Positions 15,075 to 16,575 of a DNA stretch of 16,575 bases are shown one piece after another (the first letter of the stretch is position 1; every line of letters begins with the position of its first letter). The translations under genes were made by a program, and so were the position numbers. The stretch covers positions 1 through 16,575 of the forward strand of contig JBIIGV010000064.1 in assembly GCA_044236265.1 (NCBI GenBank), read 5' to 3'. Below the pieces are notes generated by a model. It searched no databases. It was not told where the DNA came from and saw only the letters and a program-made list of their open reading frames with translations. The DNA is from Oligoflexales bacterium. GTDB lineage: Bacteria > Bdellovibrionota_B > Oligoflexia > Oligoflexales > RGVZ01.

Positions 15075-15875
15075 TTAACGAAGATTTTCCATAACGAATT
15101 GGCGAACGTTAAACCAAACCGTGTAGTCCGACTCGATCGCCACATGGTTTGCAAACACTTGGAGGTTATAGTGAGCTGCTGGCATCGGACCAGATCCCAG
15201 GATCATGGCGGGCTGATGGTAGAGATTAAGCCAACGAGTACGAGTGTTAAGCTGGTACCACTCTGCTTGAGTGAAATCCCTAGGAGCCTCACGACAACCA
15301 TCGTCTCTTAGACGTTGACATGTTACGCGGCTCACTGGATCAAGCGATGCCAACAGAATCGGAACAGGAAGCGCACCAATGTAAGGGGAGGATGCCAATT
15401 TCATGGCTCTCCAGCCAGCATGGGAGTGGCCGATGATGATGATCTTGCGAACATTCTGCATTAAACTTCCGACCAAACCATCCAACTGGTTTTCATGCAT
15501 CGGTGCCATAGCGCGGCTTCCTCTAAGAACAAAATACTGCATCTGAGGACTTAGCCACTCGTAGCAGGTGTACACGACATTATCTGCAGGTGTGACCACG
15601 CCAGAGTTCAGAAACCAGCGATTAAATGAATCAAATAAGATGACATCCTTTAATCCTGGGACCACAGATGAAAAACCGTTGCGGTTACAGGTACCGTTAC
15701 CACCGAGCACAATATATAAGATTCCAGGCTGGACGACAGGAGTCACAACTCCGTTGTTCGGCGGGGGCATCGTAGCAGGGTTATAAGAAGGGGCAGGCTG
15801 AGCTGTCGCAACGTTAGCGGCAGCAAAAGCAATCAGTCCCAATGATAAACATACGGAAATTACAGTCTTTTTCAT
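15075..15875 (-). CDS. Secreted alpha/beta-hydrolase fold protein (putative serine hydrolase)
   Basis: Sec signal peptide, Pro-rich spacer, IVLGG oxyanion-like strand, IIGHSHAGW nucleophile elbow, SLDPV, C-terminal His (NHVAI). Confidence 0.72.
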   Translation of the reverse strand: MKKTVISVCLSLGLIAFAAANVATAQPAPSYNPATMPPPNNGVVTPVVQPGILYIVLGGNGTCNRNGFSSVVPGLKDVILFDSFNRWFLNSGVVTPADNVVYTCYEWLSPQMQYFVLRGSRAMAPMHENQLDGLVGSLMQNVRKIIIIGHSHAGWRAMKLASSPYIGALPVPILLASLDPVSRVTCQRLRDDGCREAPRDFTQAEWYQLNTRTRWLNLYHQPAMILGSGPMPAAHYNLQVFANHVAIESDYTVWFNVRQFVMENLR

Positions 15876-15956
15876 TTAAGGCTCCATAATTAGGCAGCCC
15901 GACTTCTAATAATGATCCCAAGGGAAGTCAATACTATTTAAAATTATTATAATAGG

Positions 15957-15997
15957 AATAAGGCTTTCCCTCCGCTAGGTCCGGAGAAAAGCCTATT
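15957..15997 (-). terminator. Imperfect hairpin downstream of the last gene, possible terminator or mRNA-stabilising stem
   Basis: Minus strand AGGCTTTTCTCCG...CGGAGGGAAAGCCT, with outer arms at 15961-15967 and 15988-15994, beginning about 12-15 nt after the stop at 16009. The U-tract is weak. Confidence 0.5.
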
Positions 15998-16008
15998 ATC
16001 ACCTGAAT

Positions 16009-16575
16009 TTACTTACAATAGCAGCCAACGGTAATGTCAGTTTTGTCATTATCCTGCTTCTGATGTCCCTTGGTATTCCATCCGTAGCAGCGACTACCGA
16101 CGCTATTCGACTGGTAGAACTCTCTCCCACCACCCCAAACTCCCTGAGTGTAGTTGATCCCAATAGCGTCACCGCGAACCTCACCACTTACACACCGATT
16201 TTTGTATTGGGAAGAAGGAATACTAACTCGACCAACCCCTGCACATACATTTTGGCAGACCCCGCCATTCGTCTGAACCCAAATAGGGATCGATTCCACA
16301 TGGGTAGCACATGTCGCCTGATCACCTGATGAGCCTTGTACTGTTGATGTAATCGTCTGAGCTGAAGCGCTGCAATTAATCAAACCTTCCCATGACGCAC
16401 CATTTTGGACCAAGGCCTTGCCTGCGACTGTAGGCGCACCCGCCAGAGGTCCACCAGTCGAATTGACAACAACCTTGCATTGCGTCGTGACATCAGAGGA
16501 GCGAGCAGCCGAAATCGAACAACTTGCCGGAATGACTGGTGGCACCGGGGGAGTTGCAACGGTCACAGACGCGGA
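16009..16575 (-). CDS. 3' part of a Cys-rich, probably extracellular hypothetical protein (start lies outside the window)
   Basis: The frame is open to the window edge (TCC GCG TCT GTG...). Pro-rich linker, a Ser/Thr/Val-rich region with 4 Cys, then a ~90-aa C-terminal domain with 6 Cys ending GCYCK. Confidence 0.7.
   Translation of the reverse strand, partial: SASVTVATPPVPPVIPASCSISAARSSDVTTQCKVVVNSTGGPLAGAPTVAGKALVQNGASWEGLINCSASAQTITSTVQGSSGDQATCATHVESIPIWVQTNGGVCQNVCAGVGRVSIPSSQYKNRCVSGEVRGDAIGINYTQGVWGGGREFYQSNSVGSRCYGWNTKGHQKQDNDKTDITVGCYCK

Noticed and set aside
1..16575. CRISPR array, tRNA/rRNA, riboswitch or long tandem repeats
   Set aside because: None recognisable by eye. Intergenic spaces are short and non-repetitive. 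An Rfam scan would be needed to exclude small RNAs.

Overview
Bacterial chromosomal window with no recognisable mobile element, CRISPR array or RNA gene. Gene content and style suggest a deltaproteobacterial/Bdellovibrionota (Oligoflexia-like) organism, which is inference only. The core is an SOS mutagenesis module in two parts: lexA (1509-2168) and, about 4.9 kb downstream on the same strand, imuA-imuB-dnaE2 extended by a translationally coupled Smr-domain endonuclease gene (7048-12993). Both parts are preceded by the same 20-bp palindrome, T(A/G)CCATAC-N4-(G/A)TATGGTA (1457-1476 and 7017-7036). It is a strong candidate LexA operator that matches no SOS box I recognise, and this LexA has a divergent recognition helix. 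Between the two parts lie a membrane class III adenylate cyclase, a papain-like lipoprotein, and a convergent pair of a Ddl-like ATP-grasp ligase and a HEXXH zincin. The flanks encode a 5'-truncated caspase-fold (DUF6345-like) protein, a CAP-domain lipoprotein, gloB, a secreted alpha/beta hydrolase and the 3' part of a Cys-rich protein.
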